Origin: an uncultured bacterium
GTDB lineage: Bacteria > Verrucomicrobiota > Kiritimatiellia > PWTM01
Assembly: GCA_938010045.1 (NCBI GenBank)
Contig: CALLFZ010000004.1
Span: forward strand, 28,107 to 92,106
DNA: 64,000 bases
Direction of reading: 5' to 3'
Below the pieces are notes generated by a model. The model was not told where the DNA came from. It saw nothing but the letters and a program-made list of their open reading frames with translations, and did no database searches. The number at the start of each line of letters is the position of its first letter. Within the stretch, counting starts at the first letter, position 1. Position numbers and translations under genes: made by a program. Positions 19,301-28,198 of this stretch are shown here, in pieces.

Positions 19301-22300
19301 GCGCGCTGGATTGATGGGCTGGTCGAGTCACGCGGGTCGAACACGACCTGACTGATCTCGTACAGGTCGTCCAGGCCGTCGTCGTCGGTGTCGCGACGGC
19401 CCGGATCGGTACCGTACACGACGATCTCGTCGCGGTTATTGATGCCGTCGCCATCGCTGTCATCCATGCCGTCCGGGATGCCGTCGCCGTCAGTGTCCTG
19501 TATCGTCGGGTTAGTGCCGGCCAAATATTCGCCGTAGTCGGAGAGGCCGTCCAGATCGTAGTCCGATGTGGCCGAGGCGGTGGTGAGGTTGCCGAAATAT
19601 CGGAACTCCCAGGCGTCGGGGATGCCGTCGCCGTCGGTGTCGGCACCGCCGCGTCCAGTGTACCAGTTGGTCGTTATGGAATACCGTTCGAACGTGACCC
19701 TCGCCGGCAAGGCGCTGCCCTGCGGCGGCAGCTCGATGTTCGTGATGCGGATGCCGGTCGGCGTCTGGTCCCACCAGCGACTCGCCGGCTGCGTATCTTC
19801 CGAGAACACCCGCTGGTTGCGAGTCCCAGGGAACGGATCGCCCGCGTCGCCGAGGTTCAGCCCGTCCTGAAGATCGGTGCGGCCGTCCGCCTGGAGGATT
19901 TCCCACGTGAAGTGGTTGTTCACCTTCTGCTGGATCGGCACGGCGTTATCGAAATCGCTGTAGTCAAAGTGTTCGATGTAAATACCACGCCCGCCGACCA
20001 CGTTATACTCGGTGTTATTGTCGGTGTACCATAGCCATAAGCCCTCCGCTGGCTTGGCGGGATTTCTGATGAAGTAATATTGGTTATTGTATCTCTCGAC
20101 GGGGAGCAAGTCGAGCGTAACGGGGCCGCCATCGAGCGGCAGAACGCTCGCCAGATCGGTGGGAGCGATCCACGGCCCGCCGATCCCAGCCATCAACTTA
20201 AGATCGGGAATTCCGTGCACCATTGAGCTGTTCGACATTAGATCATACGAGCCGATCGGCCAGTTGACGATGGGGTTGCCGCCGGACCACGTGTCGTAGT
20301 CATACAGGTCCGGCCACCCCATCAGGTCGTGTCCTTGCTCGTGACACAACAGCCCCATCCCGAAGTCCTGTGCCGCCGGATGCTGGTTCGGATCCCAGTT
20401 CGGATCGAACACGCCATCCGGCCGAATCTGAGGATTCTCCCCCGCCCCGTTCAGCGGCCGAACCTGGAAGAACATGGACAGCACGGCGTTCGTATCGCGG
20501 CTGATGAACGGGATGACTTGCCCCGAGGGCCCACCGAGCGCCGCCCAGCCCTCATGCCCCGGCGCGACCGGATAAATGCCGTACGCGTAGCCCAGCCCTA
20601 GCGAGGTGCGGCCGATCAGTTGGGCAAAATCTTCGCTCTGGTCCCACAGCTCGATCAGATGTTCCATGAATCTGTACCACGAGTGAACGCCATAACTGGG
20701 CGTGTCGGCAAGATAGTTGGCCTCGCCCTGCAATTCCCGGCCGCCGTCGAGATAACCATCGCAGTTGGTGTCGCGGAATTGCCGGGGATGCTCGTCGAGG
20801 CCGGGCACACCATCGCGACGGTGCGTAATGAACTCGATCGTCATTTGGTTGGCGCCATCGTAGCCGTTGCCCGCCAGAGTCAGGAATGCAAACGGACCAG
20901 CGCTCGGCGTGAATCCATCCCCCGGCCCATAAAAATTGGCGATACCTTCAATGTCATGCCCCCAAATCTCCTCGTTCCATGGAGATGTGACTTCGCCGAG
21001 CCGACCGTCGCCATAGGCCATCGACACGGAGTTCGTCGCAGTGAACTCAAACACATCCAGTCCTGAAACGGTGTTCCACCAAAGCGAATCCCCCAGCGCA
21101 TAACTGCCGGCGAGGTGATAAATCGAGGAGGGCATGTCGCAATACTCGGCCGGGCTGTCATAGCCCCACGACGTGGCGGGGATCCACAAGGTGGTGGGAT
21201 CCCGGCCACTGTTCGGGGTGTAGCGTTGAATTCGGTAAATGCCAGCGGGGAAGTCCGGCGCCGGTGTGATGCCCTGACCAAACACCTGCTGATACCAATC
21301 ATCCCAGGTGGGGTACCCGGAACGTGGATCCCACCCGCCGCCCGGCGCCGCCGACGACCAAAGCAGACGCCCGTTCGCGTCCACGGTGCCCGGCGTTGGC
21401 GGCGCGGTGCCCGTCACCGGCGCAGCGCGAGCATCCCAGACCCACTTACCCGAAACGCCTTGATCCGTCCAATCATCGGGCCCGTCATACCGACCGTTAA
21501 ACGCGCGCGCGACGAGCGCGGTCCAAGCGCCCGGGTAGTTCCAGGCAAGGTAGTTCGTGTAATAATCGTAGGTAAAGGATATTTGCCGGTTGCGCGTGTT
21601 GATACTACCGTTGGGAAGACGGTTCCCACGCTCCACGGAGCAGTTCGCAAGTAGCGCCGGCGGACACTGGACAAACGCGTGCGCGCCGCGCGCCGGATCA
21701 TAGATCGAAATAAAGTCCTCAAATCGCTCACCCGGCACCGCATCGGTCGGCTGCCCATCCTCGGAGTTCGTGATGCGCCGACTTGGATACGCAGGACGGT
21801 GGGCAACCACCGGCGATCGGAGATCACCATACAGTCGCACGCCGCTGGCCGGTGTGGCGGTCGCCAACTTGTACGTGCCGTACAATTCGCGGGCCGCAAA
21901 CAACCGGGCGCGGACAGGCCGAGGCGTCGGATACGCATTGGCCGGCGGCGGTCCCGCCGACTTCACGACATCCGACCAAGTATAGTAGCCCCGCGAGGCC
22001 GCCTGCTCGTTGGAATAGCAATACGCCTGGTACTCAATGTAGAGGCCGGTGTCCACGATCTGGAGCGCTCCGTTCGCATCGCTGGTCGCGTCCAGATACG
22101 TGTTTGGAGGAATCGTCGTGCCATCCGGCAGCGCACCGGGGATCGGAAAGGGATTGATCGGATACGGCATCGGGATCGCCGTGTTCGTCACGATCACATG
22201 CGTGAAGTCACCCTCGTTGCTCCCCGGCGTTCCAGGATCGGGAGAGAGATCGAGCTCGTTGTGCCCAGCGATCGCCACCTGCGCGCCACCGACGGCCACG

Positions 22301-23049
22301 TAGATCGTCAGCACACGGTTGAAACTGCCGTTGTCATTGTAGTCCGCAAACAACTCTCCGCCGTACTGGCTCCACACGCCGTCCACGTTACGCGGATTCC
22401 ATGCCGTCGGCTCGCCCGCAAACGGCACGACGTGGTCGCTGTCCCAAAAGTCCTCGCCGGGTTGAGGGGGATCCCACATGCCATTCGTGTTCACGTCCAC
22501 GAAGGCCTCCCCTGGCGTCCAGACTTGGTCCTCATCCGCCTCATCGTAAGCAAAGGCATAGAACAGGGAGTTGAAGGCGTTCAGGGAGTGCCGGCGATTC
22601 GGCGAACCGATCTCACCGCTGGGCAGGTTGACGGCACCGTCTGGATTGCGCCCTTCATCGGTTTCGAAATCAAACGCATCGGGCAAGCCGGTGCCGCGGA
22701 CAAACGGGCCGCGCGAGGGACGGGACCGTAGCGGCCAGGGCATTTGAACGAATCCGTAGGTCTTCGTGTCGCCGTACGCGCCGCGCAGCTTCGTGCCGGT
22801 GGTCTTGTCGTAATCGTAGTACGAGACTTCCTTCCAATAATTCTCGTATCGCGTTTGATACGCGTACTCGATGAAATTTCGAGCCAGATTCGGCGGGATG
22901 CCGTTCGTGTGACCTGACTTCGGGACGAGCGCCGGAAACACCGGCGTGATCCAGTCCGGTATGGGCTCCACGGCACGAACCGGCGCCCACCGCGCTGAGC
23001 CCCACAGCAGAACACTCACTGCTGCCATCGCCACCCATCGCCGATGCAT
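16363..23049 (-). CDS. Giant secreted protein (~2228 aa): M6/immune-inhibitor-A-like metalloprotease, LamG domain and DxDxDG Ca-binding repeats
   Basis: AAGGAGA RBS before the ATG at 23049; signal peptide; HEQGHDLMGWPDLYD (HEQGH at 20329-20343) with downstream YDLMS Met-turn-like motif and QADG...GDAGDPFPG; LamG (TVEAWI, WTHLAASY, LWVNG, FNGLIDEVRIWN); many DTDGDGxPD repeats. Confidence 0.85.
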   Translation of the reverse strand: MHRRWVAMAAVSVLLWGSARWAPVRAVEPIPDWITPVFPALVPKSGHTNGIPPNLARNFIEYAYQTRYENYWKEVSYYDYDKTTGTKLRGAYGDTKTYGFVQMPWPLRSRPSRGPFVRGTGLPDAFDFETDEGRNPDGAVNLPSGEIGSPNRRHSLNAFNSLFYAFAYDEADEDQVWTPGEAFVDVNTNGMWDPPQPGEDFWDSDHVVPFAGEPTAWNPRNVDGVWSQYGGELFADYNDNGSFNRVLTIYVAVGGAQVAIAGHNELDLSPDPGTPGSNEGDFTHVIVTNTAIPMPYPINPFPIPGALPDGTTIPPNTYLDATSDANGALQIVDTGLYIEYQAYCYSNEQAASRGYYTWSDVVKSAGPPPANAYPTPRPVRARLFAARELYGTYKLATATPASGVRLYGDLRSPVVAHRPAYPSRRITNSEDGQPTDAVPGERFEDFISIYDPARGAHAFVQCPPALLANCSVERGNRLPNGSINTRNRQISFTYDYYTNYLAWNYPGAWTALVARAFNGRYDGPDDWTDQGVSGKWVWDARAAPVTGTAPPTPGTVDANGRLLWSSAAPGGGWDPRSGYPTWDDWYQQVFGQGITPAPDFPAGIYRIQRYTPNSGRDPTTLWIPATSWGYDSPAEYCDMPSSIYHLAGSYALGDSLWWNTVSGLDVFEFTATNSVSMAYGDGRLGEVTSPWNEEIWGHDIEGIANFYGPGDGFTPSAGPFAFLTLAGNGYDGANQMTIEFITHRRDGVPGLDEHPRQFRDTNCDGYLDGGRELQGEANYLADTPSYGVHSWYRFMEHLIELWDQSEDFAQLIGRTSLGLGYAYGIYPVAPGHEGWAALGGPSGQVIPFISRDTNAVLSMFFQVRPLNGAGENPQIRPDGVFDPNWDPNQHPAAQDFGMGLLCHEQGHDLMGWPDLYDYDTWSGGNPIVNWPIGSYDLMSNSSMVHGIPDLKLMAGIGGPWIAPTDLASVLPLDGGPVTLDLLPVERYNNQYYFIRNPAKPAEGLWLWYTDNNTEYNVVGGRGIYIEHFDYSDFDNAVPIQQKVNNHFTWEILQADGRTDLQDGLNLGDAGDPFPGTRNQRVFSEDTQPASRWWDQTPTGIRITNIELPPQGSALPARVTFERYSITTNWYTGRGGADTDGDGIPDAWEFRYFGNLTTASATSDYDLDGLSDYGEYLAGTNPTIQDTDGDGIPDGMDDSDGDGINNRDEIVVYGTDPGRRDTDDDGLDDLYEISQVVFDPRDSTSPSIQRALRFFGTPLSWMEIDREDPERRFQTGDITVEAWISPSAAMLGAGGRVYGRYWNTGLAQSFILGLTPAGLPYVAYNTGMGTIAVTNPAPVPMEPVGPNPLFVTNWTHLAASYEHASRLVRLWVNGESVGTAFNSTASGLTNAAGLVQRVGESFNGLIDEVRIWNSARPPTLIGCSGQEASLACYHKFDDFTSATPGLDGLWGTADDTMPRKGHVEDFVYPREWTNDWAHGASLFGNVAWFTNRFLFFPSLGVDSDMDGVPDAWENRYRAVMDPLVSDSHLDGDMDGWVNEEEFLASVLADGTYSNAPSPVSGLSWPTPIIRSIVKSTTATNAAGQFVMATYTTNSMEGAPDAVVIVAAGNVPQANPFTLQSQGYSAGHMKGGANWAYAFRDFNNNETWDPGEPFGLAEGLPVGGTWAFNEFTFGLSVTRPGFHRFSWPAQGTTNDYRVRIANAGGAAIIDRFIRGRTFVHEGDYIAAGYANGLPYSTSWRYYVYRAPDDPFKVAPIAQGEFSVSVASRLPAAPTPITANDAVRRTAVDWLAFVMDTNSVRYELVVVNAGGTPVFSRIDLAPVPDNDGVQRVRVPIYEDGVYTWQVRGWNALGAGAWSPARTLQVNLAAGPTGPYDIAGEVFYQGKVLNPRIIVEAFGSRDFHGMPWARAVVQKVSVTNEGVAGRVQFRLRGLNAGTYYVRAYMDQNNNGRLDAWESRGWIAAPVSAYRAADVATPPSASGQVLVLHDRDTDNDHLPDAYEFFLTGGLATMGRGAVRGWTDTDGDGLNDLEEYLESAVDSNPTLADTDGDGIPDGVEVLLHGTNPRVIDTDGDGVPDGVELTVGSSPLVRDSDGDGVPDGLELARGASPLKVDTDGDGFPDILEIAAGTNPNDPASKPGCEQLLEISGLRRIGSAIEARLRLARGISQLTEHIEVWVESAPTLSGPWTPMAGNATGMAPTTNPSEERAVTATGDDTAARVRYYRLRWRLKD

Positions 23050-23062
23050 GGTTGGTTTCTCC

Positions 23063-24067
23063 TTACGGTGTCGTGCGCACACGTTCCGGTTGATCCGCGA
23101 CAGCCGCCGCCATCTGGGCTGAGGGAACAACGACGGGCTGGCCCGTCGCCGGATCCACCAGCGGCGCGCTCCGATGGATCTCGCGCCACTCGGCCATTAA
23201 CTCCCGCTGACGCGCGAGCGCCGCATCCACATCCTCGCGCCATCGCGCGACATCTGGCATCGCCGCCATCGCGTCATTCAACGCTCTCGCCGCATTGTGC
23301 ACTCGCTCGGTATATGCACGAGCGGTCTCGCTCGTTCGCGCCGCTCGCATGAGACTGGAGAGCTCGACGCGAGCCGCCCGGTTCGCCGCCTCCGCCTCGC
23401 GCGCCGCCGCGCCGGCCGCGAGCAACTCTTGGTTCAGCTCGCGCAGCAGTTCCATTCGCGCCTCGGCCACGGCCATCCGCGCGGCATCTCGACGGCACCA
23501 CTCACACTCGTCGCTCGTGCTGCTGGCGCCTTGCGGCACGTGGTCCTCGATGTGCCGCTTGAGCGCCTCGACTCGAGCCGCGGCCTCCGCGGCCCGACGC
23601 TGCGCCGCCTGCGCGCGCCGCTCGGCCTCGGCGCGACCCGGCAAGTCACGCAGATACTGCTCCAACGCCGCTCGGGCGTCGCGCAGTTCGGCCACGAGCG
23701 GCGCAATGGCCGGGGCGCCCGCGGCCTGCGCGCGCGCCAGCGTCCACTCCCGCTCCGCCTCCATCCGGCGCGCCTCTAATTCGCCATACTCGCGGCCAAT
23801 CTCTTCAAGACGCCGCCGCTGTTCGTCGGTGAAACGGCGCTCGAGCTCCTTCGTCGCCACGTGATCCTGCTCGGTCGCTGCAGGCTCGGTCGACGGCATC
23901 GCGAGCGGGCGTTCGGTCAGCTCCACCGACCCCGAGCGAGGCGTATCATCGCTCTGACCGACGGATGGACGTCGCGGCGACACGATGGCCATGACGATCC
24001 ACACCACCACCGCCACGATCACGGCCAACAATCCCGCCGCGAACCGGCTCTGAACACACCCCTTCAT
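23063..24067 (-). CDS. Membrane-anchored coiled-coil protein
   Basis: ATG at 24067; one N-terminal TM helix; long A/E/R-rich helices with a central H-x3-H...CEWC; stops 13 bp before the giant gene. Confidence 0.7.
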   Translation of the reverse strand: MKGCVQSRFAAGLLAVIVAVVVWIVMAIVSPRRPSVGQSDDTPRSGSVELTERPLAMPSTEPAATEQDHVATKELERRFTDEQRRRLEEIGREYGELEARRMEAEREWTLARAQAAGAPAIAPLVAELRDARAALEQYLRDLPGRAEAERRAQAAQRRAAEAAARVEALKRHIEDHVPQGASSTSDECEWCRRDAARMAVAEARMELLRELNQELLAAGAAAREAEAANRAARVELSSLMRAARTSETARAYTERVHNAARALNDAMAAMPDVARWREDVDAALARQRELMAEWREIHRSAPLVDPATGQPVVVPSAQMAAAVADQPERVRTTP

Positions 24068-24341
24068 TGCTGTACTTAAGTAAACCACAAATGCCGGGAG
24101 GCCGCAACAACCGCAAACGGGCGCAGCGCGTTCCCTCCCTGCGTCTGCCCGATACCACACCCCCATCCGCCCTCGGTCTTCGATTGGGACCCCGCACCCC
24201 GGCGCCGCGGTCCGGGAGGCGAGCGGTCAACCGGCCCGTTCGCCGCTGCGGGCTCGGGTTCTCCATGCCGGGAGAACTACGGAGGATCTCAAGCAGCGCC
24301 ACCGGGTCCGAACCCGCATGCGGACGTTCAGCGGAACCAGC

Positions 24342-24950
24342 TCAATGCGCGGCTGTCCACAAATCCCGGTGGCGATGCAGGTAGAGCAGACCGGAGATCA
24401 CCGTCATCAGCGCCGCCGCAACCGAAAGCGCCCACGCGCCGTGTCCCAACATGCGCGCCCACGCCTCCATCGCGGACGGCGGTCCGTGCAGCAGCGCATC
24501 ATGATACACCGCCCAGCCGGCGAGAATCGCAAGAATCGCCGCCATCTGCCCAATCGTTTTGTGCTTCCCCCACGACTCCGCCGAAATGTCGCGGCCCGAC
24601 CGCCCCGCCAAAATCCGCAGACCGGTCACGAGAAATTCCCGCGCGAGGATGACCACCACCACCCAGGCGGGAACCAGTCCGTGCCTGGCGCCGGGCAAAC
24701 GGATCTCCACGAGGCTCACGAGCGCAGCCGCCACAAGGACCTTGTCGGCCAGCGGATCCAGCAACTGCCCCAATAGCGTCACGCCGTGGCGTCCGCGGGC
24801 CAGCCGCCCATCCAACCAGTCCGTGACCGCCGCCGCCAGAAACACCAGCACCGCCACCGTCGCGCTCCCACGAGCGTCCATCCTCAACAACGCGAGCAGC
24901 AGGCCCGATAGACCGAGCCGCCCCAACGTCAACGCGTTCGGCAGGTTCAC
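24342..24950 (-). CDS. pgsA: CDP-diacylglycerol--glycerol-3-phosphate 3-phosphatidyltransferase
   Basis: NLPNALTLGR, TDWLDGRLAR...GQLLDPLADK, REFLVTGLR, GKHKT; GTGA overlap with the upstream gene. Confidence 0.93.
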   Translation of the reverse strand: MNLPNALTLGRLGLSGLLLALLRMDARGSATVAVLVFLAAAVTDWLDGRLARGRHGVTLLGQLLDPLADKVLVAAALVSLVEIRLPGARHGLVPAWVVVVILAREFLVTGLRILAGRSGRDISAESWGKHKTIGQMAAILAILAGWAVYHDALLHGPPSAMEAWARMLGHGAWALSVAAALMTVISGLLYLHRHRDLWTAAH

Positions 24951-25609
24951 GGCCGCGTTGCCGCCGCCGGCGCCACCGACCGCACACCGGCAGGATCGAG
25001 ATACGGATCCGGCGGCGGCTCGATCACATCCGATGCGGCGTGCAAAGTTCCACCAGCCTCGATGCGCCAGTGCCGCGTCCACACGGCCAGGCCGCGAACC
25101 GCGAGCCATCCACCACCGAGCAGCAGCACCGCGACGACAAGGGCGCGGGCCGCGCGCCGAAACGCCGACGAGGTCAACACCGAACCCACCGACCGCATTC
25201 GGTCCGTCCATCCCGACGCGGCGGGCGCGGCCGCCGACGAAGCCCCACCGTCGCCGACCAGCTCGGTGGGCGGTGCCAGTTCCGGCGAAGGCGGCAGCCG
25301 ACGCGGCACCACCCGCGATGTGACATCGGGGGTCAGCGGAGGCCGCGCATCGCCCCACCGCTGCAGGTACTCGCGAACGAGCGCCTCGCGGTCCAGACCG
25401 AGATACCCCCCGTACAGTCTCAAAAACCCTTTCACGTACACCGGCGCGCCCACGCGGTCGAACTGGTCGTTCTCCATCATTTCGAGCTGCGTCGCTTTGA
25501 TGCGCGTCGCCTCGGCCGCCTGCGAGAGTGTAACGTTGCGCCGCAACCGCGCCGCGCGCAGCCGCTGACCCAGCGAGGTCGTCTCGTTGCTGTCGTGCGT
25601 GGTGCTCAT
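24947..25609 (-). CDS. RodZ-like HTH membrane protein
   Basis: GQRLRAAR...TRIKATQLEMME...YVKGFLRLYGGYLGLD plus one TM helix; classic ftsK-rodZ-pgsA order. Confidence 0.85.
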   Translation of the reverse strand: MSTTHDSNETTSLGQRLRAARLRRNVTLSQAAEATRIKATQLEMMENDQFDRVGAPVYVKGFLRLYGGYLGLDREALVREYLQRWGDARPPLTPDVTSRVVPRRLPPSPELAPPTELVGDGGASSAAAPAASGWTDRMRSVGSVLTSSAFRRAARALVVAVLLLGGGWLAVRGLAVWTRHWRIEAGGTLHAASDVIEPPPDPYLDPAGVRSVAPAAATRP

Positions 25610-28131
25610 GCGTCCTGCTCGTTCTCCGCCCCGGCCCCGCCGGCCGCCGCCGGGTTGATCGGGATCTCGCCATCCAGGTCAATCAAAATCTCACGGGGAT
25701 CCGATCCCTGCGCCGGGCCGACGATCCCACGCTCTTCGAGCAGATCCATCAGTCTCGCCGCGCGAGTGTAACCGATCCGCAGGCGCCGCTGCAGCGACGA
25801 GGTCGAAGCGCGCCGAGTCTGGCGGATCACCTCGATCGCCTGCTCGATCAGTTCCTCGTCCTCCTCGAGATCCGGAATCTCGGAGGTCTTCTTTTCGAGC
25901 TTTTCGACGATCGCCGATTCGTACGCCGGAGCCCCCTGCCGCTTCCAGTGGTCCGCCACCGCCAGCACGTCGCGATCGGTGACCAGACACCCTTGGGCGC
26001 GGACGAGCCGCCCGATCCCCGGGGGCAGGAACAGCATGTCGCCGCGGCCGAGCAGTTTGTCCGCGCCGTTCGCGTCCAAAATCGTACGACTGTCGTTTTT
26101 CTGCGCGACCTGAAACGCGATGCGCGCGGGGAAATTCGCCTTGATGGTACCGGTGATCACGTCCACCGACGGCCGCTGTGTCGCGAGAATCATGTGAATA
26201 CCAACCGCCCGTGAGAGCTGCGCGAGCCGGGCAATCTGGTTTTCGATCTCCGCCTGCGCCACGAGCATCAGGTCGGCCAACTCGTCCACCACCACGACGA
26301 TGTAGGGCAGCCGATCGGGAATCGCGGCCTCGCGCCGCTCGGGCTCTATCCCGCCGAAGAGGTCCGGTTGGTTCACCATCACCCGCGAGTTGAACGCCTT
26401 GATGTTGCGGACGCCCGCGCGCGCGAACAGCTTGTAGCGCGCCTCCATCTCCTGGATTGCCCAGCGCAGGCCGTGCGTGACCTTCTTCGCATCGGTGATC
26501 ACCGGCACGACGAGGTGGGGCAGATCGCGAAATGCCGCGAACTCGACGATTTTCGGATCCACGAGAAGAAGCCGTAGCTGGTCGGGCGTACGGCACATGA
26601 GCAAGCCCGTGAGCAGCGAGTTCATGCACACGGTCTTCCCAGAACCGGTGGCGCCGGCGATGAGCAGGTGGGGCATGTCGGCCAGATCAGCGATGAGCAC
26701 CCGACCGCCGACGTCTTTGCCGATCGCCAGCGGCAGCGCCGCACGCGTCGCACGCCAGGCTTCGCTCTCCACCACCTCGCGCAAATATACGACCGCGGTC
26801 TTGGGATTCGGCACCTCGATGCCGATCACGCCCTTGCCCGGTACCGGCGCCAGCACGCGCACGCTTTCGGCCTTGAGCGACAGGCCAATGTTGTTGCTGA
26901 GACTGACGATCTTCTCCACACGCACGCCGGGCGCGGGCAGAAGCTCGTAGCGCGTGACGACCGGTCCGGTTTCGACGTTTGTGATCCGCGCCTCGATGCC
27001 GAAGTCGGCCAACGTCTCGATCAGCGTCTGTTGCGAGCGCTGAAGATCATCCGCGATGACACGCTCGGCGTCGGGCGGCAACGGCTCCAGCAGATCGGGC
27101 GTGGGCAACGTCCACGGGCGCGCCGCTCCCGCCGGCCCATCCGCGGACGACAGCGCAGGCACCGAAGCCGGCTCCGTCTTCGGCTCTGAAGGAGGCGGCG
27201 TCGCGCGGACCGGGCGGGGCGTCTCTCCCCCGCCTTCGCTGCGCACCTCGGCCACCGAGGCCACCGCCGGAGAGGGCGGCGCAACCGCCGGCGGTGGGCT
27301 CGGCGATCGGGGTGGGCGGGTGGGCGGTGTTGAGGGCGGAGCGACAGCCGCTGATGCTGTGGACGGAACAAGGGTCGGCGGTGGTTCGGCCGGCATTGCA
27401 GGCGCCGGCGGCGGACGGTCGGGAATTTCACCGTGACGTCGAAGCGCTTCCTCGATCGTCCTCCGCTTCTTCGCGACCTGGGTTTCCGCCTCGGCGAGCC
27501 GCGCGAGACGGTCCATACGCCGCCATCGAGCCTCGCGCCAGCCGTCGCACAGCGCCCTCACTTTACCCACCGTCCACAGCCCAATCCGATAGGGGCTGAT
27601 CCTGAGGAAAAACACCAGACCGGCGGCGAATGCGGTGGAGGCAACAATCAACGCTCCCATCTCGCCAAACCAAGGCACGAGCACGCGCCGCCCCAGCCCT
27701 ACGCCCACAACCCCCCCCGCGGAGGGCAGGTTCAACGTATCCGCCCACTCCAGTGTGATCCCTGGCCGCAGGTCCAGAAGAACCGCCCAGCTGACCACCA
27801 GCAGCGCAAGCCACAACCCTCGAGGCCACACGGGGCCGATGCGTTGAAAGAAAAAGAAACCGGTCCACACCAACAAGCCCACTGCCAACGCCCAGGCGGG
27901 CAGCCCCACCAGCGTATAGAGGGCGTAGGCCGACCACGCGCCGGTCAAACCGATCAGATTGTGAGGCGGACGATTCGGCGGTGCCGCATTGGCGGAGACG
28001 TCATAGGGATCGTAGGAGCCGAGCGCCAGCAACAACATCAGACAGCCGGCCAGCAGGATGAATCCCGCGCTCTCCCGCCACCCGAGGCCGTCCCCCGTCG
28101 TTTTCTTGACCACCATGGCTCGTCCCAACAT
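25606..28131 (-). CDS. ftsK: DNA translocase FtsK/SpoIIIE (alternative ATG at 28116)
   Basis: N-terminal TM domain, Pro-rich linker, GATGSGKT, DELADLM, ATQRPS, gamma domain LQRRLRIGYTRAARLMD. Confidence 0.97.
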   Translation of the reverse strand: MLGRAMVVKKTTGDGLGWRESAGFILLAGCLMLLLALGSYDPYDVSANAAPPNRPPHNLIGLTGAWSAYALYTLVGLPAWALAVGLLVWTGFFFFQRIGPVWPRGLWLALLVVSWAVLLDLRPGITLEWADTLNLPSAGGVVGVGLGRRVLVPWFGEMGALIVASTAFAAGLVFFLRISPYRIGLWTVGKVRALCDGWREARWRRMDRLARLAEAETQVAKKRRTIEEALRRHGEIPDRPPPAPAMPAEPPPTLVPSTASAAVAPPSTPPTRPPRSPSPPPAVAPPSPAVASVAEVRSEGGGETPRPVRATPPPSEPKTEPASVPALSSADGPAGAARPWTLPTPDLLEPLPPDAERVIADDLQRSQQTLIETLADFGIEARITNVETGPVVTRYELLPAPGVRVEKIVSLSNNIGLSLKAESVRVLAPVPGKGVIGIEVPNPKTAVVYLREVVESEAWRATRAALPLAIGKDVGGRVLIADLADMPHLLIAGATGSGKTVCMNSLLTGLLMCRTPDQLRLLLVDPKIVEFAAFRDLPHLVVPVITDAKKVTHGLRWAIQEMEARYKLFARAGVRNIKAFNSRVMVNQPDLFGGIEPERREAAIPDRLPYIVVVVDELADLMLVAQAEIENQIARLAQLSRAVGIHMILATQRPSVDVITGTIKANFPARIAFQVAQKNDSRTILDANGADKLLGRGDMLFLPPGIGRLVRAQGCLVTDRDVLAVADHWKRQGAPAYESAIVEKLEKKTSEIPDLEEDEELIEQAIEVIRQTRRASTSSLQRRLRIGYTRAARLMDLLEERGIVGPAQGSDPREILIDLDGEIPINPAAAGGAGAENEQDA

Positions 28132-28198
28132 CCGGTCCGACGGCCTTCAGCCGCCGGGCAACCGCCCGGGCCGGCCACCTCCGCCCGCCAACAGCGGG

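Noticed and set aside
16660-19650. DTDGDG-encoding nucleotide repeats as a DGR template/variable repeat or DNA repeat array
   Set aside because: They are explained by protein-level Ca-binding repeats. There is no reverse transcriptase, and I noticed no pair with adenine-specific mismatches.
24951-25682. Long N-terminal extension of PgsA (446-aa ORF)
   Set aside because: It overlaps the rodZ-like gene in another frame; the PgsA motif begins at the GTG at 24950.
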